From Pseudovirgaria hyperparasitica (Eukaryota): a stretch of 64,000 bases of DNA. Position 1 is the first letter of the stretch. Each line of letters begins with the position of its first letter. Shown piece by piece: positions 48,169 through 63,143 of the stretch. Where the stretch lies: the NCBI GenBank assembly GCA_010093815.1, contig ML996579.1. One strand, 5' to 3'. The notes beneath the pieces were generated by a model. It saw nothing but the letters and a program-made list of their open reading frames with translations, did no database searches and was not told the DNA's origin. The translations under genes were made by a program, and so were the position numbers.

Positions 48169-51055
48169 ATGGGGGCGTCTGATTCAAAACTCGTGTTCAA
48201 GCAAGGTATCTTTCGCCTTTCTGAAGAGAAAGAGATTCCCGCCGATGATCCATATTGGACAAGTGTAGGTGCTTACACATTACGTGCCTAGTAGGAGTAC
48301 TAACAGTGGTATGCTTGTAGTTTTGGGAGCTGCCAGAATCTGCGGAAGATATCTTTTCACTTTTCTCACCTGCCGATATACGTCGTGCCCGAGACAATTC
48401 CATAGCGAACCTCGAAACTCTCGTTCTAGCCGTAACATCGCGCCTAACAGTGCTTCGCAACCACCCTTCGTTCCCCGATCCTGAAAACGCACCTGAGAGA
48501 GATGCACTGAACTGTATTCGCGTTTTGACTAGGGTTCTTCCCTTCATCTACGAAGCGGACCACCTTGGAGAATGGGAGGAGAGGTTCTTCTGGTCGACGC
48601 GCATGAAGCGTAGCCGGAGAGGACAGCTGAATAAGGACTCGGAGGTCTTGTTCGACGGAGCAAGCCCGGACAACACCACTCCCACTCCAGGGGAGCAAGA
48701 GTTTGAGGTAGCCAAACCGCTAGCTGAAGAGCTCATCGACAATCTAATCGATCTTCTTTTCTTCTCCGAATTTACCACAGCACGCGCACCTGCCGGAAAG
48801 GACAAAGTTACGTACGCGATATGGCAGACAGGTGTCGGCTGCAACACTCCGGTTGCATCCACGAAAGAAATGGAGAATAATAGAACAGAGGTGCTCCGGT
48901 TGCTCCTGGTTCTCGCCAGCAAGTCTATGTACATGTCTGCGAGTAGGTTTAGAGTTGGTCCCCATTCTGCGCACACACACACTCATAGCCTTCAGATGTC
49001 CTGCCTGTCACTGGTATCCGAACAATCACATACATCACCACGACTTCCGACAAACAAGTAGTCTTGTCAGTTTTGTGCTCATTGTTAAATACGGTAGGGA
49101 GAAAAAGTGTAATGAATCGTTCAAGACTGACTATGGTAAAGACACTCAAGTATAATCCTGCAAATTGGGGTGTTCCCTATGACCACCTACTTTTTGGAGA
49201 TAACAAGCAGCTTCTTGTGTCATACTGTCTCCAGTTCCTTCTAGTACTAGTGCTTTACCCAATCCCAGAGCCTGGGAACGGAGTACCACCCAAGAACTTC
49301 TTCAGACACTTCCTTGGAAGGCTACATCGGCCACAGGACTTTCAATTTTTAGTGGACGGCATGACACGCATTTTGAATCAGCCACTACAGGCCACCACAT
49401 CGCCTCTTCCTGGTAGTAGAAAGTCACTTACATGGGCACCTGAGATGATAATGCTATTTTGGGAGACGCTCCAATGCAACAAGAGGTTCCGCTCCTTCAT
49501 TGTTGACACAGACCGCGCCCACGACTTTGTTGTGCTTGTACTCTTCTACGCCATCGACCAACGTTATGACCCTTCGAAACAAGGTCTGATCAGAATGTGT
49601 GTCTTTGTACTTCAGACACTCAGCGTCGAGCCGAACTTCGGCAAGAACCTGAACAAAAACTTCGAAGGCCAGGAAACACTTCCACCAAGCATCCGTATAC
49701 CAAATTTCCACGGCACTTACGCCGATTATCTGATTACTTCGATATATACCCTTCTTACTTGCAGCAAAGCGAAACTTGACGCTATATACCCAGCATTACT
49801 GGCCATCATTAATAACATCTCCGCATACATCGAGAACCTTGGGCGGGCACCAAGCTCGAAGCTCATTCAATTATTCTCCTCCATGTCATCACCAAGCTTC
49901 TTATTCGCGAACGAGAGCAACCACGCCCTGCTACAGTCGCTTCTTGAGTCGCTAAACTCAATTGTGGAGCATCAGTATCATAGTTAGTCGAGCTCCTGTC
50001 TCCGTAGCTGCCATGTTGACTAAAATTCCAGAAAACGCCAACCTTGTCTACGCCATAGTACGCTCACAGAAACGATTTCAGGCACTGCGCGACTTCACGT
50101 TAGAGAGTGCGCAAGAAGAGCTCAATAAACAAGAGCAGCAAAGAAAAGAAAGAGGCAGTGACCCCATATCAGGAGGCATTCGATCCAATTCGATTGAGAG
50201 CCTGCGAAGCCCGACCGCATCTCGAGCGCCCACCCTATCAGAGGTTCCAGAAGACACAGCCTTTTCTATAGGAGACGATGATGATGATGAAGATGACGAC
50301 GAGGCAACACCACGAGCGGATGCTCCCATGATGCAGACTCCACTACATTCTGCAAGTACCTCACGCGCACCATCTGTCGTATCCACGGACGGGATGCTGC
50401 CAACTCAGCTTCGAGGCATGTCGGAGAAAGCTCGCGGTAAGATGCCTATCGGACAACCTTCATTCTCACGACAAAACAGCACGTCAAGTCTGTCCGGCAT
50501 GAACTCTCCATCGCTAGTATCGAATGGTATCTTCTCGCCGTCAGCTGACTGGGTATATATCCCCCTGCTGCCCTACGTCAGTCAATTCATGCTAATGTCA
50601 TGCAGGTTGAAACTTGGCTCACTGACCTCCCTTTGCATACCATTCTCACTCTTATCTCTAATCTCTCCGAAACTCTTGCATCTGTCGACACGGCTGATAC
50701 TACCACAGCTCTGCGAGCTATACGTGCCTCTAGTCCTTCCATACTTGAACCTTCACCTATACGTGTTCATCTCTTCGAGTGGACACCCTTATCACTTGGC
50801 TGGTATGAATCTCTCTTGTGGTCATTCATATTCGCATCCGAGATGACGAGCCCAAAGGGCACAAGTGGGGTTTGGAGTGCGACCCACCTGCGTCTATTCA
50901 AGGTGCAGGAGACTGCAGCGCAAACACCTAGCCTGCGAATGCCAAAAGGTGCAGTAGATGCTGTCGGGGCAAATTTGGTCCAGAGGATGCAAAGCTTCAA
51001 TATAAGAGGCGCACAAAAGAATGGAAACGGGTCGACCGGGGTGCGGGATGTGTGA
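48169..51055 (+). CDS. HID1: HID1/Ecm30 family protein
   Basis: N-terminus MGASDSKLVFKQGIFRL (myristoylation Gly2), LNCIRVLTRVLPFIYE, YAIWQTGVG, WSATHLRLFKV; five introns. Confidence 0.9.
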
Positions 51056-52130
51056 GCAGCATCTTGCGCTGCAGACAGTAATAAGTTATAATATATTCTA
51101 TCAATGTGAGATACATGTCACATGCATATTGTTTCACGATTCAAGGAGAACGTCATCCCCTGGATAGAAGTGGCCCACTGAAACATTTTGACTCTTCCGT
51201 TTATGTTCGCTCTATTTCTATAATTCCGTCCCATGTATTATTTAGCGTGGAAATACATTTCGATAAGATGCAGTGTCCTGGTCTTGACATGTTTCAAACT
51301 CACCCTCTGCGACACGTTGGGCTTCTTCTTTGCTTCGCCAAGAGACTACATATACTTCGTATTGCTCGCAGTCCCAATGAGGTCTGATTTTATGGACGGA
51401 TGTCCATTCGATTCATTCGGGTTATCGGGAAAGGTGCATCTTGATGGTCTTGTCACTACTGTCCTCTGTCCCGATACTATTCATCGAGATTTACAGAACC
51501 TCTCTACACAGTTGGTATGTAACCGGACTCCGAATGGGGCAGTATAAGAACTCAGCAGTAGCATTAACATACATGCTCAAAGCTCAACATACCATTAGCG
51601 AAGAGTTACAACGCGCAAGCCAATCTTGAACTACAGAGACATAATGTCTATACGAAGGTCTGAAACAGGGGACCGGGCTAAGTTCCTTATATATTACGAC
51701 ATTTGCTAGATTTTTATTCAAGACTGCGAGTATGACTCCTTACTTGAGTGCAAGTGGGCCAATATGGTTTTGTTTAGATTCCAAGGTTATCCTCGGACTT
51801 CTTTCTCTTCATTGTAACAAGACCGAGGAGGGATTCCTCTCTAGATCTGTGAGAGACAAGGAAGCATACAATCATCCTGATGATTCTGACATCAGCCCCA
51901 ACACAGGGCATCATTACATTCATCGCCATCATAACTCATGAGACTCATGGAGAAGCTCCTTGAGAGCCCGATAGCCCTCTCAGTGAGCCCGCAGAGCCAT
52001 ACTTCGTGATTCAGCACCTCGTTACAAACATGATTAGTCTCCATGCACTCCCGCCCTGGTTTCGAAGCAGAAAGAACATTTACACATCACGCAAACATAC
52101 ATATTATGATAAGCTCAGCGCTAGCTCTGG

Positions 52131-53441
52131 CTATATTCGCCGTTTCTTCGTAGCTGTAAGTGCAAATGTGGTCCTCGATACATCGGTAGATGCTTGATCG
52201 CAGGTGTGTGCTCTTTTTCGCTTCCGTGTAGGTGCTAAGTCTGGCAGTGTGTTTATTTTCGCCGAGCTAGTTTTCGCGGCGATCCGGCTGCTGCGTCTTG
52301 GTGCTGATTGCGTAGGTCTGGGCTCTAATTTCTGCCTTTCGTGATGCTGAAGACGAGATTTGTTGGCATCTTCTTCGTCTGGGAGATTACCCTTTCTGAG
52401 GGTTTTTCTTGGTCTGCCTTTAGATTTTCTCTTCGGCAGCGATCTGGTCATATTGGCGCCTGGAGAGGATGCTTCAGTAGACCTTAATCGTGTGGCAACA
52501 CCATTTGTCGGGCCACTTGATCTGCCGTCCAGATGAATAGCAGACTCATCCTCATCTCCGGTAGGTTCTGCGCTCGTAGGTATCGTTTCAGCCCTTAATG
52601 TAGACGCTTGCGCTATTGTAGTTGTACCTGACGTATCCATAAGAGGAACAGGTGGTTGGACAATTCCCCATAGGATATCTAATTGGTCTGCATGCATCCA
52701 AGACATACCTGGAAACTCATTCTAAGCTGGATCCCAGATCTCTAGTCTATTCCACTCAGTTTTGATAGTTTTATGAGCTTTTCGTTTAAGGTCGGGGAGG
52801 TTTAACGACGGTTCGTTTTGAAATAGTGCTATATCTTTAATCCACTGTTTTTCTGCCTGTACCTGGAACCTAAATTGGTATAGTGGGCGAGAGGCATTAA
52901 CGTCCACTTCGCCTTCGGCAGGCTTATCCTCTAGTTCTAATTCGACTTCATGACCCCAGCGAGCTTAATAGGGGATCCATGGTCCTTTCTTAGAGTGTAG
53001 TATATTATGCGACCACCCGCTTTTGGCATTACTTGGCCACGCAGGACCCCAGCTTGACTTCCATATATTTTGTGTGACCCATCGTGCTCGTACGATATTT
53101 TCGGCATTATTTACGATATCCTGAGTTGGATCGAAAGGGTGAGTCTGAATGCGACCCGCGGAGTCACGTCGTTGCTGGGTGATTTGCTCCTCAATCCACT
53201 TCACTTGTTGCATGAATTGCGATCGGGGAGTTGATCGCTCTAAAAGTATAGCCTTCGTCTCTGCTACAGCATCGAATGAATCGTCAAATCGTGGAGGCTC
53301 TTGCCTATGCTGCAAGTCCGTACTAGGAGCGCCAGGCTCGAGAGTCTGGTATGGCGGAGGGGGGCTCACAGGTCGACGTGGAAGAGTTTCAGTTAGGCTG
53401 CCCACAAGTCCTTGATTGAGTCGCGTACTCAGCAGAGCCAT
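52131..53441 (-). pseudogene. RIP-like inactivated gene of an uncharacterised Trp-rich fungal family
   Basis: ORFs 52965..53441, 52722..52907 and 52131..52706 share one frame, separated only by TAA (52967-52965) and TAG (52724-52722, WDPA*NEFPGMSW); central part is TpA-rich. Confidence 0.75.
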
Positions 53442-53837
53442 TATGTGAAGTTAAGAAGCCTGTGTATGTTCGATAGCGAGTGCAATGGAATGAGAAAGTC
53501 TGCATGATGCAAGAGAATGTGGAAGGCCCTGAGGTTATGTTGACGTCCTGGGACCTGAGCGGATGGACGTCGTCGATGCACGGACCTTTGAGCTGCACAT
53601 GCATGCTAAACGCGCGCGCTAAATCACTTATTAGTGTTGAATGTTGATGGAGTTATTAAAAACGACCTATGGAGTCGTGTATCGATACAGCCTCTAATAA
53701 GCGCTGAATTATCCCTGATTCGAATACTTATAGTATCCAAGCCTTGAGCAACCAACACCACTGCCCACTTTTTCGATGTCCTTCTATCAATTACCTTCGA
53801 TTAAAGAGCATTGGGCGCTTAGAATACCACGAATAGA

Positions 53838-55482
53838 ATGGTCACCTCCCAATTGTTGCCTTTGGCCGACTCCACTAGTATCTCACTTTGGGTCCATGAT
53901 GTCTCAATGCTACAACAAACCGCTGCGACGGCAGCCTTGATATGGTATTGCGCCGTACTTCTGGTCTGTGGGATTGGTTACACCCAACTGTAAGTCTTCG
54001 AGGTACCAACAGGATTGCAAGATTATTGACCCCAAAAGACGCCGTTTCTATTCAAAGACGCGCCAACCTGCATCATGCATCAAGAATGTGTCCGCTGCGG
54101 ATCTACCACATATCACCATCATACGACCGGTTGTCGGCATCGAGCCTAAATTGCATCAATGTCTTGCGAGCACGTTTCAGCAGATATACCCACGCAACAA
54201 GCTTACGTTATACTTTTGTATCTCTTCTCGAAATGACCCTGCGCTAGCTGTGCTCGAGCGACTGCTCGAGGACTTCCCACATTTCGATGCGAAAATACTG
54301 GTCGAGAGTGAAGACCCAGCTTTACAGGGCGATGGCCGAAAGAAGTTGGGACCCAACCCGAAAATCCGGAACATGAGCAGAGCCTACCGCGAAGCAAAAA
54401 GTGACCTGATATGGATCGTCGACTGTAATGTGTGGATCGGCAAAGGTGTTGCTGGACGTATGGTCGATACTCTGTGTGGCTACAGCGGGCAGCGGCCAAA
54501 TAAATTCGTTCATCAATTGCCCCTATCCGTTGACATGCCATTGTCAGCAATCGTCGAAGAGACGCATATCTCAGACTCAGCCCGAGACTCATTCATAAGC
54601 TCCCGTCTCCTCGGCGATCCGGCTTCGCTCAACAAAAAACCTGGCTTCTTTGACCTCTGGGGCGGGCGACTAGACGAGATGTTCATGTCCACCTCACACC
54701 CTAAATTCTACACCGCCATAAACACCGTCCTCATCGCACCCTGTATCGTCGGAAAGTCTAGTATGTTTCGACGCTCCCATCTCGACTACTTGACCAAGCA
54801 GCAGAATTCCAGTGTCCACGGCATCGACTTCTTCTCGTACAATATCTGCGAAGACCACCTCATCGGGGACCTTCTCTGGAAGAATTCCGTTCCAGAAGAG
54901 CTCTCGGGTCAAGGGTTTGGAAAGCATGCACTGGTATTTGGCGATCTTGCCATACAGCCTATGGCTGGGACAAGTGTAGCCGACTACATCGCACGCCGAG
55001 CGCGCTGGCTGCGTGTACGTAAGTTTACTGTAATGCTGGCAACCCTTGTTGAGCATGGCACCGAGAGTTTTGCGGCATCAGCGTATGGCGCATATTCCAT
55101 CACTACGCTGTCGTATTTTGAAGAAAGATTACACATCCCACCCACGTGGACAAGTTTTGGCATATTCTGGCTATGCAGCGTGGCATTGTGGTGTTTTGTT
55201 GACTGGACGCAATACGTACTTCTCCATTCAGCGGCTTCCATAGAGGTCGACGAGAAAACGCCGACTTTCGTGCGTCCTCCGCTGCCAGGACACAAGACAA
55301 GGAGGCCCTTTGGAGAATGGATCACAGCATGGATTGGTCGGGAGTTACTTGCATTTCCAATCTGGGCGTGGGCAGTTTTTGGAGGCGTGACGGTCGTTTG
55401 GCGCGAGAAAAAATTCTGGGTTGGAATGGATATGAAGGTGCATGAGATTGTAGACCGTGATAGTAAAGCTAGGATTGATTGA
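53838..55482 (+). CDS. GCS1: Ceramide glucosyltransferase (GT21)
   Basis: N-terminal TM exon (ATG 53838 or 53907), intron 53990-54038, [41 protein letters not shown]. Confidence 0.93.
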
Positions 55483-55889
55483 GAACGGAATCTATGCGTG
55501 TTCTGCCAGCCGTGTACAAGTTTGTACAATTGAATTACAGACCTTTGTGAATGTCACAACTATTCAGTGGTCCGAATGCACGGGAGATTTTAGATTTATG
55601 GTCATTCTATCAAAGAATAGTGAGGATAGATCTTGGTAAATGCTCCCCGGTGCCTAAGTTTTTATCTCTCCTTAACGCCCAACCTTGATAACCTTCTGAT
55701 TGCCCAAAATCGTGTAGATTCAGACATTCGCCGAATCAAAAGTTGTATGTGGCCAAACAGTGCTTGCGCTCTAACTGATCTATGTTGCCAGAATTATCTC
55801 GCTAAGTCCCCAGTTGGGATGTGCCGGACGGGAGATCGACAGATTCGGCGCGGACCGACAGATCTCCTGTGTGGCGTGGTGTGTTTGTA

Positions 55890-56206
55890 TCAACAAAACC
55901 AGCTGGGAAGCGCCACCTTTATATGGTCAGCCACGCATCGACATTACGATACAAGACGCAATCTTGAATGTCCAAATCATGTTTACATACTCTTTCAATG
56001 TCCTCGGCACTTTCGAAGAACGCTAAGCCAGTTGGGCTTGGGGGTGGTTGAGGGGGAGGCGGTGGCGGATCATGTCGAGATAGCTGTCGAGGCTCTGAAC
56101 AAAAACTTGGGTCGTCCTTCGCTGATAGTAACGATCGATCGTCAGGTAGGCTCTTCAGACGAGCCTCGTAGTATACCGCAGTCAAGCATTCCGGTAGAAG
56201 TGGCAT
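55890..56206 (-). CDS. Possible small two-exon orphan protein (about 80 aa, Pro-rich)
   Basis: ATG 56206 and canonical intron 55990-55917 (GTATGT...GCTGAC...AAG) in phase 0; no recognisable domain. Confidence 0.3.
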
Positions 56207-58086
56207 TTCGTCCAAAATCGGTCAATCGATATCTGAGTCGATGAGGCGTTTTGTTGACTAGGTAGAGTATGTTTCAAAGGTGTTTTTGGTCGTGCCTAGA
56301 ATTAGAAGTTGTAGAATGTCGACGTGATATTTTGGTTCCTAGGTGATCTTATATTCAGGACTGTGAAGTCCTTGTTATAAAGCATCTGCTATGGGCCCAC
56401 TGGACAACAAAAATCTACGTATTCAACACAAACAGAAGCCCCAAGGAGCCAGGATACAACGAGGCGAGACGGGAAGACGGAAACAACATTGAATGGCTGT
56501 GAATGGTCGCACAATTGATCTGCGTCGTGGCAGATGCATATGAAAATGTACTGGTTCCCGTCGGTGGCTAGCTGGGCGAATCCACAGCGGAAGGCGCCGC
56601 GAAGAAAGACTCGCCTGTGCCTAGGATTGAGATCGAATAGGCTAGAAAACGAACTGATACATTTATGGGTCCTCTTAGTTCATCTAACCTTACGATTACG
56701 CGTAGCCATTCTAGAACTGATACCCTCAACATGAATCTATGGTCAACTCGGCACGCCACAGTAGTTGGAGACAAGGAAAACCTAGAACAAAATTCTCGGA
56801 GAGACAAATCGGTGGAACAAGAAAGTATGCTGTCAGCCTGACTTGTCAGTCTAACAGTTCCATGCCGCGGTGGCGAAGATGAGCGGTGTCGGTATATGGA
56901 GACGATGGATGATTTGGCATCGTGATCTGAGCCCATAAGGAGGATAGGGCTTCCAAAGATGCTTCTAATGGCGTGGAACACGCCATGCAAGCGGCCGCCA
57001 TCGAAATGATAAACGGACCGATGTGTAATTATCAATCCACGCCCAGGGCGCGGAATTGCGGTGAGATGAACTTAAGGCAAGTTGCACCCCGATATAGACC
57101 AGTAAAGCCATAGTACTCAAGTCTAATGTTCCTGTTCTCGAGCTGACTAGCCCAGTGATTCTTAGAACTGATCGCACTCTACATAGGTATATCGCGGCTG
57201 ATGAGGTGGTTTCCTGATCGATTGGGCTGGCGCTGGCTGCTCAGATACTAGAGAACAGTGTCCAAGATAGGCCATGCCCGATCCCTTACTGATCCCGGTG
57301 CGGTTGGACAGCCGACCGTTGAGGAGCCCTATGGCGATCAAACACTAGAAATCATTTAAACAGGGCGTTGGCAAGCAAACCGGATGGAGGTGGGGGTCGC
57401 AAGCTGACATAAAAGATACCAGGATTGGGAGCGTTTGCTGTACATTTCACCAGCGGGATCCCGATTTCGCCCGAGGACCGTACAATCGGGCTGGGTCTCA
57501 GGGATACTGAGGGCAGGGTTGGCGAGCTCTGCTGAAAGTATCTTTTATAGATTCACATCTGTTTCTGTCGGAAAGAAGATTGATGGGCCCGTACGCGAAA
57601 TGAGCAGGAGTCGTGAGCGCCAAGGCTCTAGCTTCGAGCTTGGACCAGTATAGATCTCTCTCCACTGACAGCTTCCCGCGCTCAGCCCTACCATATCAAA
57701 TAGTGAAGCAACTGCTCGCACTACGCCATTAACCTATCTCCGAGCTCGGCCAGAATACGTGAATGCTTTTACTGACAGAAAACTGTGTGATATAACGATA
57801 CACCCGTCGACGTCGCAGCTCAAGAGTTGCGCGCGCAAACAAGCAACCACCTCACGTCACACGCATTGTCCTTCATGATTCCTCGCACCTCGCCGAGAGA
57901 GCAAGCCCGCCCGATACGAAAGCTTCGAGGAGGTCGACAAATTCACGCAAAGAGGAACATTCAATATCGCTGTGAAAAGGTCGTACAATAGTACTTCAAC
58001 ATCGAGCATTATAGCCTCGATCACACTGAGAAGCAGACTGGGTTTCAATAGGAGGATCAGGTCCTCTCACCCCCGATCTTGGCATC

Positions 58087-59534
58087 ATGCCGGGCCACAG
58101 TGGAATATGGAGTACAGATAACATTCAAGATGCGGCGCATTCAGTTGGCCTGGGGACCTTGACGGACTCAGCGCTGGAGCACTTTGCAGGAGACGTAGAA
58201 TACCGGATCAAACAAGTCGTAGAGATGGCTATCAAATTCATGAGGCATGGCAAACGGACCACACTCACTACGCAGGACATCTCGCAAGCCTTAAGATCTC
58301 TTGATGTAGAACCGCTATATGGATATGAATCTACAAGACCACTGCGATTTGGCGAAGCATCCATGGGACCTGGTCAGCCATTGTACTACGTCGAGGATGA
58401 AGAAGTTGATTTTGAGAAGCTAATTAATGCGCCGTTGCCAAAAGTGCCGCGTGAGATATCATTCACTGGTAAGAACCCTTTCTCTAGACATGCGACAATG
58501 TACGCTGACTTCTACTCGCAGCGCATTGGTTAGCTGTAGAAGGGGTCCAACCATCGATACCTCAAAATCCCACGTCCGCAGACTCACGGCATCAAGATCT
58601 TCTGCCCAAAGGACCTGGTGCCAACCCACATCTCGCCGCTATCAATGGTCACGACAACATTACTGTCAAGCCCTTGGTCAAGCATGTATTGTCTTCAGAG
58701 GCGACCAAGTTTCACCAACGCATATGCAGCGCATTACTTGATGAGACTAATGAAGAGTGGCGCAACTCAGCTCTCTCGTCTCTTCGAACATCTCCTGGAC
58801 TACATCAACTGATACCATATTTCATCGAGTTTATCGCAGACCAAGTCACGCATCACATGAAAGACCTTTTCGTTCTTACTCAGATGATGCACGCAACAGC
58901 AGCGCTGTTACAGAATCCCAGTATATTTCTTGATCCCTACATCGCGTCTCTCGTACCGCCGGTCCTAACCTGCTTGAATGGTAAGCGACTAGGACCAGCT
59001 TCAGCCTCTTCCAACTCTATGCAGGACGGAGGCTCAGGGCAACCATTAGCGCACTATTCACTTCGAAGGCTTGCTGCCAGTATCATCACTGCCATAGCGA
59101 AAAGATACTCGGAATCGTCTCACACTCTCAAACCGCGAATCGCACGAGCATGCCTCAAAGCTTTCTTGGACCCTAACAAGCCGCTCGGGACACATTATGG
59201 AGCGCTTGCTGGATTACGGGGCGTCGCGGGTGCTGAGGCTGTGCGCTTGCTGATACTGCCTAATCTGAAACTTTACGATACCATTCTTAGGGAAGCTATA
59301 GTGGACGAGTCACGCAAGGCGGACGCGGACATGGTCACAGCCATGATCCTGAAATGCCTCGAGGATGTCGAGAAATCAAGTTCAATCAGCGCGGATCCTG
59401 TCAACGGGGAGCTCGACTCTGATGGATTGAAAGATAGACTTGTGGAGAAGGTTGGGGTTGTAGTGACTGATAAGGTCATCCAACTTCGGCGCATGGGACT
59501 GGTAAAGGTGCTGTTGGATAACAGCGTTAACTAA
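58087..59534 (+). CDS. TAF6: TFIID/SAGA subunit TAF6
   Basis: H4-like histone fold ([24 protein letters not shown]), EPLYGY, intron 58469-58520, [20 protein letters not shown] region GLHQLIPYF. Confidence 0.96.
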
Positions 59535-60079
59535 TGCACTCGGACGAAACGGCGTTACTAGATACCTGTATCTGATTTGAGGGCGGGACATCTACTTCTA
59601 CGCCATTTGGGTTAGTCTTTCGTGCCTTTAATATCTGTGCCAGAGAAGCCCAATCGCGGTCTCTTGTTTGTTAGGACCTCAAGAGGTGATGAGTTGGACA
59701 CAACACCGTGACTTTCCCTTGGCTGAAAGGGATGAACAAATCGATCTATTACTGCAGCACGATTTGAAGACACATAGCAACATTATTTGCTGGTTATTTA
59801 CCACTACTGCAGCTTCTACTCGCGTCTGGATTCCATTCACAATGATTCTCACCACTCCTGCATTGACTTGCTGTGATCGTTACCTAAACTACTAGATTTC
59901 AAAGTTGTCTCCAGTCCGCAGCAGGATCCTTAGTCATCATGCCAAGACTTCACTTCACAGGTTCCGCCAGATCGGCATCTAGGTGGAAGTCGAGGGAACC
60001 CGCACACCTGTATCTTTACTTTCGTCAGTTTGCCCACCGAATAACTTCAGTCTCGCATCACTTCCAACAGTTGCCCATC

Positions 60080-60971
<892 letters not shown>

Positions 60972-61810
60972 GCATGCAGATATGTTGGCGTGGGGACCGA
61001 TGGAATGTGATTCTGGACGTGTAATGCAAGGAGGAAAGTGCTCTTGGCCATCAAGATACAGCGGGCGTTTGGAGGAGTTATTGATGACCTAGACTACCTA
61101 TCGTGAAATCTCAGCGGTCCGGACCGTCGATCTTATACACAGACCGCCGAACCCACAACTTAGCATACCTCTCACAGCACATCTCGCAACGGTCAACGTT
61201 GAATACACTTTTACAATGTCTGTTGACAGGGGCAATTAATGTGATTCGACTAAAGGTAACCCTAGCGATCGATTCTCGAAGAATGCGTGCCGATGGGAAA
61301 TATATGTGTACTGTTCCGATGAACATGCTTCCCCAGTGTTCCAGATGTGGCACAGGTACGGCGTAATTGTCTGAAATTGCCCAGAGCGACATCAAGCCCG
61401 ATGCGGAAAACATTCGGACGTAACAGAGATCACAGTATTTATCATTAAGCTCGAATCATGTTGGCCCAGAGTAGAGAGTGCGCTTCCCCGCGTGAATTAT
61501 TTCGACAGCTGGGAATAAACGGGAATGGCTTCCGAATGGCGCTGTCAATACCGAAGAGGATGGACTAGTTAATGTGTTAGCGGCGAGTGCCGAGGTCCAA
61601 AGCGGCTTCGGTTCTCGAAGACTATAGATGGCACGAGGGGTCCACTACCTGGTATAGCACCATGAACTGTCGTCGGGAGTGTCTTTCATAACTTACCGAT
61701 TCCGCGCCTTTGCTATTGTATAGATATAGTGCGATACCTCCGACGTAATACTTGGACCTCTGCTTAATCCGGTCGACCAACGAAGCCCAGCATCACGAAA
61801 CCACTTCACT

Positions 61811-63143
61811 ATGCCTTTCCAGACTGCGCTCACTAAGGCTTTGGGGATCAAAGGTTAGAGCTATTAGAGTACTGTATCAAAGGTATTGCGCTCACAAACA
61901 CCGCAGTCCCCGTCGTCCAGGGCGGTATGCAATGGGTCGGCTACGCTGAAATGGCCAGCGCAGTAAGCAATGCAGGAGGTCTCGGCATAGTAAGTCAACG
62001 TCACCATTGCCGTTACCGGACATGTAGGATTAACATGGAGGTGTGTCTGCAGTTGACCGGCCTTACACAACCTACCCCAGAAGACTTGCGCAAGGAGATC
62101 CGCAGGTGTCGCGGCATGACCAAGAACCCGTTCGGCGTCAACCTCACCCTTCTCCCATCCATCAACCCGCCAGACTACAACGCGTATGCACAGGTCATCG
62201 TGGACGAGGGCGTCAAGATTGTCGAGACGGCGGGCAACAGCCCAGGCCCGATCATCAAGAAGCTAAAGGGAGCAGGCTGCATCGTCCTACACAAGTGCAC
62301 ATCCATCCGTCACGCAAAGTCGGCGGTCAAGCTGGGCGTCGACTTCCTCTCCATCGACGGCTTCGAATGCGCCGGACACGTTGGCGAGACGGACATTACG
62401 AACCTGATTCTGCTGAGCAAGGCACGTCAGGTGCTCGGAGTCCCGTTCATTGCGTCGGGAGGCTTCTGCGACGGGAACGGGCTGGCTGCGGCCATGAGCC
62501 TGGGCGCAGCGGGTATCAACATGGGCACGCGCTTCATGTGCACCGTGGAGGCGCCCATCCACGAGAACATCAAAAAGGCGATTGTCGACGCTGAGGAGAC
62601 AGACACAGAGCTCGTGCTGCGACGGTGGCGCAATACGTCGAGGTTGTTTGGAAACAAGGTTGCCAAGGAGGCGGTCAAGATCGAGCGCGAGAGCACGACG
62701 GGCGAGTTCAAGGAGGTGCAGCCATACGTTGCTGGCGCGCGAGGTCGGCAAGTTTTCCTGAATGGCGACCCGGATTTTGGCGTAAGTTTTATTTTTATTT
62801 TTTACTTTTTTTGGGAGGGGGCACATTCTTGCTTCCTCGTCACTTACTCGTTCACTCACTCACTCACTCACTCACTCTAATGCGACTGCGGCGCGCGTGG
62901 TGATGATGGAGCTAGACAACGGAGGCATGTGAAATGAGATGAACACGAGAGTATATGCAATACCGGGTACCTTGCTAACACGACATTCGTACGTAGGTGT
63001 GGACGGCAGGACAAGTCATCGGACTGATCCACGACATTCCAACGTGCGCAGATCTCTTGAGTCGAATTGAGCGCGAGGCCGTGGATGCACTGGCTCGCAG
63101 CGCCACGCTGTATGTGGACGACACGGGCAAGAGTAAGCTGTAG
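61811..63143 (+). CDS. Nitronate monooxygenase / 2-nitropropane dioxygenase family flavoprotein with PTS1
   Basis: PVVQGGMQWVG, SNAGGLG, DGFECAGH, ASGGFCDG, GINMGTRF; three introns; last exon VWTAGQVIGLIHDIP...TGKSKL*. Confidence 0.92.

Noticed and set aside
55633..57653. Medium ORFs between GCS1 and TAF6 (e.g. 55633..56244 +, 56568..57035 -)
   Set aside because: No motifs or coding-like bias; treated as non-coding or unrecognisable remnants.
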